From assembly GCA_036559705.1 (NCBI GenBank), contig DATBSP010000113.1:655-64654 (forward strand): a stretch of 64,000 bases of DNA. Direction: 5' to 3'. This document shows positions 51,739 through 61,035 of this stretch, in pieces. The notes under the pieces were generated by a model. The model was not told where the DNA came from and made no database searches. It worked only from the letters and a program-made list of their open reading frames with translations. Positions within the stretch are counted from its first letter, which is position 1. The number at the start of each line of letters is the position of its first letter. A program made the translations under genes and the position numbers. This DNA comes from Hyphomicrobium sp. (GTDB lineage: Bacteria; Pseudomonadota; Alphaproteobacteria; Rhizobiales; Hyphomicrobiaceae).

Positions 51739-53604
51739 ATGATCGCCCGCTTTTTCAGCTGGCTCGAAACGCGCGTCGATTCCTTCCCGCTGCAGCAGCC
51801 GGGGATGCCGCCGACCACGTTCTGGCGGTTCATTTTGCATTACACGCGCCCGTTCTGGCCGACCATCATCGCGTCGTCGGCCCTCTCAGCGGTTATCGCA
51901 TTGATCGAGGTGTCGCTGTTCGGCTTCCTCGGTAATCTCGTCGATTGGCTGTCGCGGGCCGACCGCGCCACCTTCTGGTCGACACACGGGCAGTTCCTCG
52001 CCGTCATGGGCGTCATTGTGCTGCTCATTCTGCCGGTGATGAAGTTCTTCTACGAATCGATCGTGCACCAGGGCGTGCTCGGCAGCTTCGCCATGCGCAC
52101 CCGCTGGCAGGCGCACCGCTACGTGTTGCGTCAGTCGATGGCCTTCTTCAACGACGACTTCGCCGGCCGCGTCGCCACCAAGGTCATGCAGACGGCGATG
52201 GCGGTGCGCGAGGTGGTCATGAAGATCACCGAGGTGCTGCTGTACGTCGGTATCTATTTCACCGGCGCCGTTATCCTGTTTGCGGCGACGGACTTGCGGC
52301 TGTCGGCGCCGCTCATCCTGTGGCTGGCCGGCTACCTCATCACCATGCGCTACTTCATTCCGCGCCTGGGCCGCATCTCGCATGCCCAATCGGATGCTCG
52401 CTCGATCATGACGGGGCGCGTCGTCGACACCTACACCAACATTTCGACGGTGAAGATGTTCGCGCATGCTGACCGCGAGGATTCCTACGCCTACGAGAGC
52501 ATGAATGCGTTTCTCGACACCGTGCACCAACAGCTACGGCTGGTGACGCTGCTCACCGTGGCTCTCAACACGCTCAATGCGCTGCTGTTATTTTCGGTGG
52601 CGGGTACGTCGCTTTGGCTGTGGTCGATCGATGCCGTAACGGCGGGCGCTCTCGCTTTGTCTGTCGGTCTCGTGCTGCGCCTGCAGGGCATGTCGCACTG
52701 GATCATGTGGGAGGTCGCCGGGCTGTTCGAGAACGTTGGTGTCGTGCAGGATGGCCTCGAGACGATCGCGCGCGAGCGCAGCGTCGTCGACGCGCCCGAT
52801 GCCAAGCCGCTCGTCGTGCCGAAGGGCGAGATCAACTTCGAGCACATCCGCTTCAACTATGGTCGGGATGCGAGCACGGGGCGCGGCAGCGTCATCGAGG
52901 ATCTGTCCTTGCGCGTGGCGCCCGGCGAGAAGGTCGGTCTCGTCGGCCGCTCGGGCGCCGGCAAGTCGACCCTGGTCGGCCTTTTGCTGCGCTTCTACGA
53001 CCTCGACGGCGGCCGCGTGCTGATCGACGGGCAGGATATCGCGCAGGTCACGCAGGACAGCCTGCGCGCCCAGATCGGCATGGTGACGCAGGATACCTCG
53101 CTGCTGCACCGCTCGGTGATGGACAACATCCTCTATGGCCGCCCCGACGCCGGCGCTGCCGATGCCATGGCCGCCGCCAAGAAGGCGGCTGCGCATGATT
53201 TCATCAGCAACCTCGAAGACTTGAAGGGTCGCAAAGGCTACGACGCGCACGTCGGCGAGCGCGGCGTGAAGCTGTCGGGCGGTCAGCGCCAGCGCGTCGC
53301 CATCGCCCGTGTTCTGTTGAAGGACGCGCCCATCCTCGTCCTCGACGAGGCGACCAGCGCGCTTGATAGCGAGGTCGAGGCGGCGATCCAGGAGCAGCTG
53401 GTCAACCTCATGAAAGGTAAGACAGTCATCGCCATCGCGCACCGGCTGTCGACCATCGCCGCCATGGACCGGCTGATCATCATGGACGAGGGCCGCATCG
53501 TCGAGCAGGGCACCCACGCCGAGCTCCTGCGGCGCGGCGGCCTCTACGCTGAGCTGTGGGCGCGGCAATCGGGTGGCTTCCTAGCCCAGGATGCGGCCGA
53601 GTAA
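51739..53604 (+). CDS. ABC transporter fused permease/ATPase (exporter type)
   Basis: TM domain; GRSGAGKST, LSGGQRQR, LVLDEATSALD, IAHRLST. Confidence 0.95.
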   Translation: MIARFFSWLETRVDSFPLQQPGMPPTTFWRFILHYTRPFWPTIIASSALSAVIALIEVSLFGFLGNLVDWLSRADRATFWSTHGQFLAVMGVIVLLILPVMKFFYESIVHQGVLGSFAMRTRWQAHRYVLRQSMAFFNDDFAGRVATKVMQTAMAVREVVMKITEVLLYVGIYFTGAVILFAATDLRLSAPLILWLAGYLITMRYFIPRLGRISHAQSDARSIMTGRVVDTYTNISTVKMFAHADREDSYAYESMNAFLDTVHQQLRLVTLLTVALNTLNALLLFSVAGTSLWLWSIDAVTAGALALSVGLVLRLQGMSHWIMWEVAGLFENVGVVQDGLETIARERSVVDAPDAKPLVVPKGEINFEHIRFNYGRDASTGRGSVIEDLSLRVAPGEKVGLVGRSGAGKSTLVGLLLRFYDLDGGRVLIDGQDIAQVTQDSLRAQIGMVTQDTSLLHRSVMDNILYGRPDAGAADAMAAAKKAAAHDFISNLEDLKGRKGYDAHVGERGVKLSGGQRQRVAIARVLLKDAPILVLDEATSALDSEVEAAIQEQLVNLMKGKTVIAIAHRLSTIAAMDRLIIMDEGRIVEQGTHAELLRRGGLYAELWARQSGGFLAQDAAE

Positions 53605-53826
53605 GATCGCGCCGCATGCGCCACTTTGGCCTACGCGTTTATGTGCGCGAAGGGTTGAGGGCGATTGCGAAGAGTGCCAAAAACTCCCGGTGACAATTCG
53701 ACTGGTTCTAAATCAACCTGTCGCGTTGCTCGACCAAATTCAGCCCTGGACGAGCGGCGTGCGGCGGCGCCCTGCGGCTGACCTCAAGCGGCACGTCTTC
53801 AGTCCAGCGATCTAGCGGAGGCACCC

Positions 53827-54399
53827 GTGGCAATTGACGCCGAGGAACCGGACCGCCGGGATTTTCTCGTCCTCGCGGCCGGCGCCTTTATCGCCGTCGG
53901 CGGAGCGGTGACGCTGTGGCCATTCATCCAGCAGATGAATCCAGACGCCGGCGCACAGGCCCTTGCCTCCATCGAGGTCGACATTGCCCCCGTCAATGAA
54001 GGCCAGGCGATCACCGTGCTGTGGCGCGGTAAGCCGGTGTTCATCCGCCACCGCACGCCGGAGGAGATCAAGGCCGCCACCGCGGTCCCGATGTCCGACC
54101 TGATCGATCCATTGGCGCGCAACGACGCTTTGCCCGACGACGCGCCGGCGACCGACCCCAACCGCACCATCAAGGGTCACGAGAACTGGCTGATCATGGT
54201 CGGCATCTGCACCCATCTGGGGTGCATCCCCAAGGGTCAGTCGCTGGGCGACAAGAAGGGCGACTTCGGCGGCTGGCTCTGCCCCTGCCACGGCTCGCAT
54301 TACGACACTGCCGGACGCATCCGTAAGGGACCTGCTCCGCGCAATCTCGAGGTGCCGGTCTACGACTTCGTATCGGATACCAAGATCAAGATCGGCTGA
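53827..54399 (+). CDS. petA: Rieske iron-sulfur subunit of cytochrome bc1
   Basis: Tat motif RRDFL; CTHLGC and CPCHGS. Confidence 0.98.
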   Translation: MAIDAEEPDRRDFLVLAAGAFIAVGGAVTLWPFIQQMNPDAGAQALASIEVDIAPVNEGQAITVLWRGKPVFIRHRTPEEIKAATAVPMSDLIDPLARNDALPDDAPATDPNRTIKGHENWLIMVGICTHLGCIPKGQSLGDKKGDFGGWLCPCHGSHYDTAGRIRKGPAPRNLEVPVYDFVSDTKIKIG

Positions 54400-54415
54400 C
54401 GAACGCGGGGCAGCG

Positions 54416-55684
54416 ATGGCTGGGCACGGTTCTACCTACGTACCGACGAGCAAGTTCGGCAAATGGATGGACGCGCGCCTGCCCATCGGGCGGCTCATGT
54501 ACACCCAATTCGTCGACTTCCCGACACCGCGCAATCTCAGCTACCTGTGGACCTTCGGCGCCATCCTCACCTTGATGCTCGCTGCGCAGATCGTCACCGG
54601 CATCGTGCTTGCCATGCACTATCAGCCGAGTGCCGAGGGCGCCTTCGACAGCGTCGAACGCATCCGCCGCGACGTGAACTTCGGCGACCTGATCCGCAAC
54701 CTGCATGCGGTCGGTGCCTCGATGTTCTTCCTCGCCGCTTATGTCCACATCTTCCGCGGCCTCTACTACGGCTCCTACAAGGCGCCGCGCGAGGTGCTGT
54801 GGATCATCGGCGTGTTGATCTTCGTCGTGATGATGGCGACGGCATTCATGGGCTACTCGCTGCCTTGGGGTCAGATGAGCTTCTGGGCGGTGACCGTCAT
54901 CACCAACCTGTTCTCCTCGCTCGACAGCATCTGGAAGGGCCTTGGGACCACCATCGTGGAGTGGCTGTGGGGCGGCTACTCAGTCAGTGGGGTCACTCTC
55001 AACCGCTTCTACAGCTTGCACTATCTCCTGCCCTTCGTGATCGCCGGCCTGGTTGTCCTGCACCTGTGGGCGCTGCACGTCGTCGGCCAGAACAGCCCCA
55101 CCGGCCTCGACATCAAGACCAAGTCGGACGGGGTGCCGTTTACTCCGTATGCGACGTCGAAAGACGCCTTCGGCATGTTCGCCTTCCTGTTGCTCTTTTC
55201 GTGGTTCGCGTTCTTCCTGCCGGACTATCTCGGCCACGCCGACAACTACATCCCGGCCGATCCCCTAGTGACGCCGCCGCACATCGTGCCGGAGTGGTAC
55301 TTCCTGCCGTACTACGCGATCCTCCGCGCCATCCCCTCAAAGCTGTTTGGCGTCATCGCCATGTTCTCGGCGATCGGCATCCTTCTGTTCGTGCCGTGGC
55401 TCGATACGAGCCGCGTGCGCTCGACCAAGTACCGGCCGCTTTACCGCTGGTTCTTCTGGCTGTTCGTCTTCACTTGCGTTGCGCTGGGCTGGCTCGGCTC
55501 CAAACCGCCGGATGCCGAGTACGTATTCTGGGCGCGCGTGTTCACGATCTACTACTTCGGGCACTTCCTCGTTGTGATGCCGCTGGTCGGCTGGTTCGAA
55601 ACGCCGCTCAAGGTACCGGGGTCGATCACCGAAGCGGTGCTCGGCAAACAACCAAGCGCCAAGCCGGCGCCGAACAAGGTCTGA
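54416..55684 (+). CDS. petB: Cytochrome b
   Basis: [30 protein letters not shown]. Confidence 0.98.
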   Translation: MAGHGSTYVPTSKFGKWMDARLPIGRLMYTQFVDFPTPRNLSYLWTFGAILTLMLAAQIVTGIVLAMHYQPSAEGAFDSVERIRRDVNFGDLIRNLHAVGASMFFLAAYVHIFRGLYYGSYKAPREVLWIIGVLIFVVMMATAFMGYSLPWGQMSFWAVTVITNLFSSLDSIWKGLGTTIVEWLWGGYSVSGVTLNRFYSLHYLLPFVIAGLVVLHLWALHVVGQNSPTGLDIKTKSDGVPFTPYATSKDAFGMFAFLLLFSWFAFFLPDYLGHADNYIPADPLVTPPHIVPEWYFLPYYAILRAIPSKLFGVIAMFSAIGILLFVPWLDTSRVRSTKYRPLYRWFFWLFVFTCVALGWLGSKPPDAEYVFWARVFTIYYFGHFLVVMPLVGWFETPLKVPGSITEAVLGKQPSAKPAPNKV

Positions 55685-55697
55685 CGGGGGCTCTTTC

Positions 55698-56591
55698 ATG
55701 CAACGACCGGAGCCCATGTGGCGCGCAGCGGCGGTGGCTCTCATCGGGGCGTGGGCGCTCGCCGGGGCGGCGCTGCCGACCTACGCCGCCGATGACGGCG
55801 CCGGGGAGCACGCCGTCGAGCGTCAGCACTGGACGTTCGGCGGCTTCACCGGCCAGTACGACAAGGCGCAGCTGCAGCGCGGCTTCCAGGTTTACCAGCA
55901 GGTATGCACCGCCTGCCATGGCCTCAAGCGCGTGCGCTTCCGCAACCTCGCGGAGCCCGGCGGTCCGGAGTTCCCGGAAGCGGCGGTCAAGGCGCTCGCC
56001 GTCTCGTGGCCCTATCAGATCGCCGGTGAGCTCGACGACCAGGGCAACCCGATCGATCGGCTCCCTGGTCTCGCCGATCCCATGATCGGCCCTTACAAGA
56101 ACGACAAGCAGGCACGTGCGGCACAGAACGGCGCGCTGCCGCCTGACCTCTCGCTCATCGCCAAGGCGCGCACTGTCGAAAGCCACGCTCCCTGGTACAG
56201 CCAGTGGTTTTACATGCTGCGCGACATGGCCACCGGCTATCAGGAGGGCGGCCCCGATTACCTCTACGCTCTGCTGACCGGCTACCACGAGCCGCCGGCC
56301 GGCATGCAGATGACCGAGGGCATGAACTACAATTTCGCTTTCCCCGGTCACCAGCTGGCGATGCCGCCGCCGCTCGGCAAGGACACCTTCGTGGAGTACC
56401 AGCCGGAGTCGGGCTACAAAGGGTCGCTCGAGCAGAACGCGCAGGACGTCACGGCCTTTCTCGCCTGGTCCGCCGACTCGCATCTCAACCGCCGCAAGCA
56501 ACTCGGCTGGCAGGTGTTGTTCTATCTGGCCATCACCACCATCCTGCTTTATCTCGTCAAAAGACGGCTCTGGTCGCGCGTGAAGCACTGA
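55698..56591 (+). CDS. petC: Cytochrome c1
   Basis: LQRGFQVY..VCTACH, PPDLS, AMPPPL, C-terminal anchor. Confidence 0.97.
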   Translation: MQRPEPMWRAAAVALIGAWALAGAALPTYAADDGAGEHAVERQHWTFGGFTGQYDKAQLQRGFQVYQQVCTACHGLKRVRFRNLAEPGGPEFPEAAVKALAVSWPYQIAGELDDQGNPIDRLPGLADPMIGPYKNDKQARAAQNGALPPDLSLIAKARTVESHAPWYSQWFYMLRDMATGYQEGGPDYLYALLTGYHEPPAGMQMTEGMNYNFAFPGHQLAMPPPLGKDTFVEYQPESGYKGSLEQNAQDVTAFLAWSADSHLNRRKQLGWQVLFYLAITTILLYLVKRRLWSRVKH

Positions 56592-56642
56592 CGCCAATCG
56601 CGGCGGCATAAGCGCGACCCGCGAAGACCGATCGGAGGGGAT

Positions 56643-57521
56643 GTGGTCAAATCCGTCTTGGGCATCGTCGGCGGCAGCGGTTTTTACAACCTGCCGGGCA
56701 TCAAGAACCCGCATTGGGAGAAGATCTCGAGTCCGTGGGGCGAGCCTTCGGACGAAATTCTTTTCGCCGAGGTCGACGGCCTGCCGTTCCGCTTCCTGCC
56801 GCGACACGGACGCGGGCATCGCATCTCGCCGACGCACATCAACTTCCGCGCCAACATCGACGCGCTGAAGCGGGCGGGCGTCACCGACCTTGTCTCCATC
56901 TCCGCTTGCGGCTCGCTGAAGGATCAGTTCGCGCCAGGTCATTTCGTGCTCGTCGACCAGTTCATCGACCGCACCTTCGCGCGCGAGAAGAGCTTCTTCG
57001 GCGAGGGCGTCGTAGCCCACGTATCGATGGCGCACCCCGTTAGCCCGCTATTGGTTCAGGCGGTCGAGCAAGCGACAAAGGCAGAGGATATCGATCACAC
57101 CATGGGTGGCACCTATCTCGCCATGGAGGGTCCGCAGTTCTCGACGCGTGCCGAATCCTTCCTCTACCGCAGCTGGGGCTGCGACGTGATCGGCATGACC
57201 AACATGCCGGAAGCAAAGCTCGCCCGCGAAGCCGAGATCTGCTACGCGACCGTCGCCATGGTCACCGACTATGACTGCTGGCACGAGGAGGTGGCGCACG
57301 TCGACGTCGCCGCCGTGCTTGCCGTCATGAAGGGCAATACGGAGAAGGCGCAACGCCTCGTGCACAAGCTCGCCGAAATCATCCCGCGTGAGCACCCGCC
57401 GTGCCCCATCGGCTCCGACACCGCGCTCGACGTTGCCATCATTACGGCGCCCGAGGCACGTGACCCGGCGCTGCTGAAAAAGCTCGACGCCGTCGCCGGC
57501 CGCGTGCTCGGCGAGGTTTAA
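56643..57521 (+). CDS. mtnP: S-methyl-5'-thioadenosine phosphorylase
   Basis: GIVGGSG, LPRHG, EGPQFSTRAES, GMTNMPE, VTDYDCW. Confidence 0.95.
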   Translation: MVKSVLGIVGGSGFYNLPGIKNPHWEKISSPWGEPSDEILFAEVDGLPFRFLPRHGRGHRISPTHINFRANIDALKRAGVTDLVSISACGSLKDQFAPGHFVLVDQFIDRTFAREKSFFGEGVVAHVSMAHPVSPLLVQAVEQATKAEDIDHTMGGTYLAMEGPQFSTRAESFLYRSWGCDVIGMTNMPEAKLAREAEICYATVAMVTDYDCWHEEVAHVDVAAVLAVMKGNTEKAQRLVHKLAEIIPREHPPCPIGSDTALDVAIITAPEARDPALLKKLDAVAGRVLGEV

Positions 57522-58450
57522 ACCGCTTTGGCGTCGAGGCGCTTCTCATAAGCCTCGACGTGCGCCGCCGCTATGGCGAGCACCGGCGCCGGCAGCTCGT
57601 GCCGCCGCGCCCGCGCCAGCATGTCGCCGAGGATGTGCGCACCTTCCGCGCGCCGGCCGCTCTCGATATCGCGCAGCATCGACGACGTCAGCGTCGAGCC
57701 GTCCTCGGTGAGCAACGCGCGGTATTCCTCCATCAGGGTATCGGGCGGCGCAAAGCCCTCGGCCAGCGCTACGGAGTACGTTTCTTCGAGCAGATGCAGG
57801 ATGCGCTGGCGGCCGCCGTCCGTCTGCAAGATCGTACCGATGCTGGCGCGCATCAATGAGGTGATGCCGGCGAAGGCCGCGAGGAACACGAATTTGTTCC
57901 ACATGTCCTGGCGGATCTCGTGCGTGGCGTACGCCTCGACGCCGGCGCTCTTCCACGTACCGACGATCTCGTCCGCGACCGGATCGGATCGCGTGCCGAC
58001 GGGGCCGGTGATGACGGTCATGAACGACGAAAGGTGCTCGATGACGCCGTCGGGGCGCAGGTTGGCGGCGCCATGGACGATGCCGCCAAGCAGAGGCGTG
58101 TGCGGATAGCGCGCCGTCAGCATGTCGATGTGGCGCACGCCGTTGAGGAGCGGCAGCAGCCGTGTCTGCGGCCCCAGCAGCGGTGTAACGGCCTCGAGGG
58201 CCTCGGCGAGCGCCGGCTCCTTGCAGGCGAGCAAGACGCCATCGGGCGGCGTTGCAAGCACGGTGCCGGCGGGAATGACAGCGACCGGCGCCGCGAAGTC
58301 CCCGAGCGGGCTCTTCACGACGAGGCCATGCGCCTTGAGAGTCGCGGCGCGAGCGTCACGCGTGAGAAACGTAACATCGGCGCCGCCCGTGATGAGCCGC
58401 GCACCGAGATAGCCGCCGACGCCTCCCGCTCCTAGGACAACGACCTGCAT
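57518..58450 (-). CDS. panE: 2-dehydropantoate 2-reductase family protein
   Basis: VLGAGGVGG, LLNG, MWNKFVF, SSMLRD...E. Confidence 0.88.
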   Translation of the reverse strand: MQVVVLGAGGVGGYLGARLITGGADVTFLTRDARAATLKAHGLVVKSPLGDFAAPVAVIPAGTVLATPPDGVLLACKEPALAEALEAVTPLLGPQTRLLPLLNGVRHIDMLTARYPHTPLLGGIVHGAANLRPDGVIEHLSSFMTVITGPVGTRSDPVADEIVGTWKSAGVEAYATHEIRQDMWNKFVFLAAFAGITSLMRASIGTILQTDGGRQRILHLLEETYSVALAEGFAPPDTLMEEYRALLTEDGSTLTSSMLRDIESGRRAEGAHILGDMLARARRHELPAPVLAIAAAHVEAYEKRLDAKAV

Positions 58451-58514
58451 GCGCGCTCCCGGCAATCGTGTTGTCACCAAGGTGGGATCACTGGAAGAGA
58501 TACGCAAGTTCGGG

Positions 58515-59171
58515 CTAAGCCTGTGGGGCGGGTAGAGACGTGGCTATCCTCAGGAACTCCTGACGCGTCACTGGGTCGTCTCGAAAGCTCCCGAGCATGC
58601 GGCTGGTCACCAGCTCTGCTCCGGGCTTGTGGATACCGCGCCCCGTCATGCAGTGGTGCACGGCCTTGATCACGACGCCGACCCCCTCGGGTTGCAGCGC
58701 TGTGGCGATTGCATCGGCGATCTGCGCCGTCATCCGCTCTTGGATCTGCAGACGTTTGGCGAAGGCCTCGACCACGCGGGCGAGTTTGCTGATGCCGACC
58801 ACGCGCCCGCGTGGAATATAGCCTACCCAGGTGCGGCCGACGATCGGCGCCATATGATGCTCGCAATGACTTTCGAACGGGACGCCAGCCAGTACAATCA
58901 TCTCGTCGTAGCCTGCAATCTCCGTAAAAGTCTTCTGCAAGATCGCGGCAGGATCGAGAGCATAGCCGGCAAAATGCTCCTCCAGGGCGCGCGCCATCCG
59001 GGCCGGTGTTTCGAGAAGCCCGTCGCGATTTGGGTCATCGCCGGTCCGGCGGATGATGGTGCGAAATGCTGCCTCCAAGGCCGATCGATCGACCTTGGCG
59101 CTCTCGGCATCGGGTAGCCGCGCCGATGTGCTATGGGCGACAAGCATCTTCGCCGGCAGCTTGAGTGACAT
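58515..59171 (-). CDS. folE: GTP cyclohydrolase I
   Basis: TPAR, SHCEHH, GISKLAR, RLQIQER, HHCM..RG; Zn ligands present. Confidence 0.96.
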   Translation of the reverse strand: MSLKLPAKMLVAHSTSARLPDAESAKVDRSALEAAFRTIIRRTGDDPNRDGLLETPARMARALEEHFAGYALDPAAILQKTFTEIAGYDEMIVLAGVPFESHCEHHMAPIVGRTWVGYIPRGRVVGISKLARVVEAFAKRLQIQERMTAQIADAIATALQPEGVGVVIKAVHHCMTGRGIHKPGAELVTSRMLGSFRDDPVTRQEFLRIATSLPAPQA

Positions 59172-59196
59172 CGAGTTGCCTCCAGTCGTGTTGGCG

Positions 59197-59535
59197 TCAC
59201 TGCGGCTGCTCGGCCGCTACGACGTTGATCATGCCGGTCATATGGGGATGAAAGCGACAGTAGTAGGCTATCGTTCCGGCACGGTGCAGTTCCATGCGGC
59301 CAGACTTGCCGGCCGCAATATCAACGCCCCAGTCGCCATTTTTTGCCGTCGCAGTATGATCGACGAAGTCGGTGTTGTTCCATTCGATGGTATCGCCGAC
59401 GCGAACGGTAATGTTCGCCGGTGCGAAGGCAAGGTCGCCGATAGACACCTTGACGACCTCGCCGGCCAGCGCGCCTACCGCCAGGAAACCTTGCATCAAC
59501 CCGAGCAGCGTCGAGCAGAGCAGCAAAGCGCGCAT
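59197..59535 (-). CDS. Periplasmic cupredoxin (amicyanin/plastocyanin-like blue copper protein)
   Basis: Signal peptide; F.P..I.V..GDT..W.N.D..DHT; YYCRFHPHM. Type-1 Cu ligands His, Cys, His and Met are present. Confidence 0.93.
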   Translation of the reverse strand: MRALLLCSTLLGLMQGFLAVGALAGEVVKVSIGDLAFAPANITVRVGDTIEWNNTDFVDHTATAKNGDWGVDIAAGKSGRMELHRAGTIAYYCRFHPHMTGMINVVAAEQPQ

Positions 59536-59544
59536 GGGTGTCTC

Positions 59545-60069
59545 CTACTTGAACGTCGCCGCGAGATGTTCGGCGTGCTGCTCATGGCCCTGGAAGATCT
59601 TGAGGCCCGTTTGCAGGAAACTCTTCAGCTCGGTGTTGCTCGCTGATGGGATGAGCGTCTTGGAGAGAGCATCGTTGACGGTCTTGTGATAGGCGACCTC
59701 GTTTTCGACATAGGCCTTGTCGAAAGCGGCGCCCGATAGCTTACCGAACTCGGAGAGCTTGTCGGCTGCACCTTTGGTGAGGCTCTTGCTGGTGTCGTTG
59801 TCTTCAGGCGTGACACCCAGCTTCTTCACTAACGCAAGCGCTTGGTCGTTCACCGCCGTATGGTCCTTGACCATGTTCTCGGCGAAGCCGCGCACCTGCT
59901 TGTTCCTGGATTTCTTCAGTGCCTGCTCAGCTGCCTTGATGTCGAGATCGCCGGCCGTATAGGCAATGTGGGCGATCTGGGGGTCAGAGGGCTTGACGGC
60001 CGCATAGACGGCCGTCGATGTCAGCAGCATCATCGCCGCAGCGAGGCTGCACGAGGTCGAAGTACGCAT
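59545..60069 (-). CDS. DUF4142 domain exported protein
   Basis: Signal peptide; FAENMVKDH, GAAFDKAYVENEVAYH, HEQHAE. Confidence 0.92.
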   Translation of the reverse strand: MRTSTSCSLAAAMMLLTSTAVYAAVKPSDPQIAHIAYTAGDLDIKAAEQALKKSRNKQVRGFAENMVKDHTAVNDQALALVKKLGVTPEDNDTSKSLTKGAADKLSEFGKLSGAAFDKAYVENEVAYHKTVNDALSKTLIPSASNTELKSFLQTGLKIFQGHEQHAEHLAATFK

Positions 60070-60118
60070 ATCAGTTCTCCATCGGTGCCGGAGCCGCGCG
60101 GCTCCCTGGCTGACGAAA

Positions 60119-60149
60119 GATTGGATGCAGCCGAGCGCCGGAGGTTCCC
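60119..60149 (-). promoter_or_regulatory. ECF-sigma promoter of the DUF4142 operon
   Basis: Minus strand GGGAACCT-N13-GCATCCAATC. Confidence 0.8.
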
Positions 60150-60153
60150 GGTC

Positions 60154-60837
60154 TCAGTTGGATGAGTTGAGACGCCGCACAACGGCATCGGCGAGGCGCT
60201 CGCAGCGCTTGCCATCGAAGGGGAAGACGTCGCTGAACAGCGGTCCCATGTGCTCGGTCAGCGCTGCCTTGAGCAGTCGCCGCGCGCGATGCAGCCGCGT
60301 CTTCACCGTTTCTGGCCGCAGGTCGAGAGCGTTTGCCGTTTCCTCGACGCTCATACCCTCGATGACGCGGGCGACGAGCACGGTGCGAAACTCCTGCGGC
60401 AATTCATCGATGGCGTGCTCGACCAACTGGCAGATTTCTCGCTGGGCCATGACGCGCTCCGGGTCGTCGCTCTGTTGCGCGGAGGTTGGAAACGGAATGA
60501 CCTGCGCGCTGGGCGTCCGCCCCTCCTCGATCGGCGCCACAGCTTCCCGAGGCCGGCGCAGCCGCTGCAACGCCTCGTTGACGACGATGCGCGTCAGCCA
60601 TGTCGAAAGAGCAGCTTCACCACGGAATTCGGCTAACGCGGAGAAGGCGTGCAAGTATGCCTCCTGCAGCACGTCCTCGGCGTCGGCGCCATCGCGCACA
60701 ATGCTGCGCGCCACGCGATAAAGGCGCCGGTTGTGCTGCTGGATGATGGCGCGAATGGCGGTCTCTTCCCTGCGCACGGCCCGACGGATGAGCTCCGACT
60801 CAGCCGGGTAGGTTCGGCCCTCGACTTGCGACGGCAT
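60154..60837 (-). CDS. ECF RNA polymerase sigma factor with C-terminal RCE extension (ECF29-like)
   Basis: AEDVLQE, LSTWL.RI..N (region 2); ETA..L....TVKTRLHRAR (region 4); tail FPFDGKRCERL. Confidence 0.93.
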   Translation of the reverse strand: MPSQVEGRTYPAESELIRRAVRREETAIRAIIQQHNRRLYRVARSIVRDGADAEDVLQEAYLHAFSALAEFRGEAALSTWLTRIVVNEALQRLRRPREAVAPIEEGRTPSAQVIPFPTSAQQSDDPERVMAQREICQLVEHAIDELPQEFRTVLVARVIEGMSVEETANALDLRPETVKTRLHRARRLLKAALTEHMGPLFSDVFPFDGKRCERLADAVVRRLNSSN

Positions 60838-60869
60838 GGGCGGCCTCCATCTATTCCCAGACTACGCGG

Positions 60870-60900
60870 GATTAGATGCGATGACCTTGAAAAGGTTCCC
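60870..60900 (-). promoter_or_regulatory. ECF-sigma autoregulatory promoter
   Basis: Minus strand GGGAACCT-N13-GCATCTAATC; same boxes and spacing as 60119-60149. Confidence 0.8.
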
Positions 60901-61035
60901 GCCGATAGACCAGGGACTTGGTATATGCTGTCCCCGCGCTGTTCTGCAGGGAACGCCGAGGTCGTCGCTTGTCGGCGCTCTGTTTCGATTGCTACGCAAA
61001 TTTGCGCCGGCGCAATTGATTCTGTTGCCAAATTC

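Noticed and set aside
60649-61035. N-terminal extension of the 527-aa porin ORF
   Set aside because: Overlaps the sigma gene and its promoter on the opposite strand; the signal-peptide-like start is at 61036 or later.
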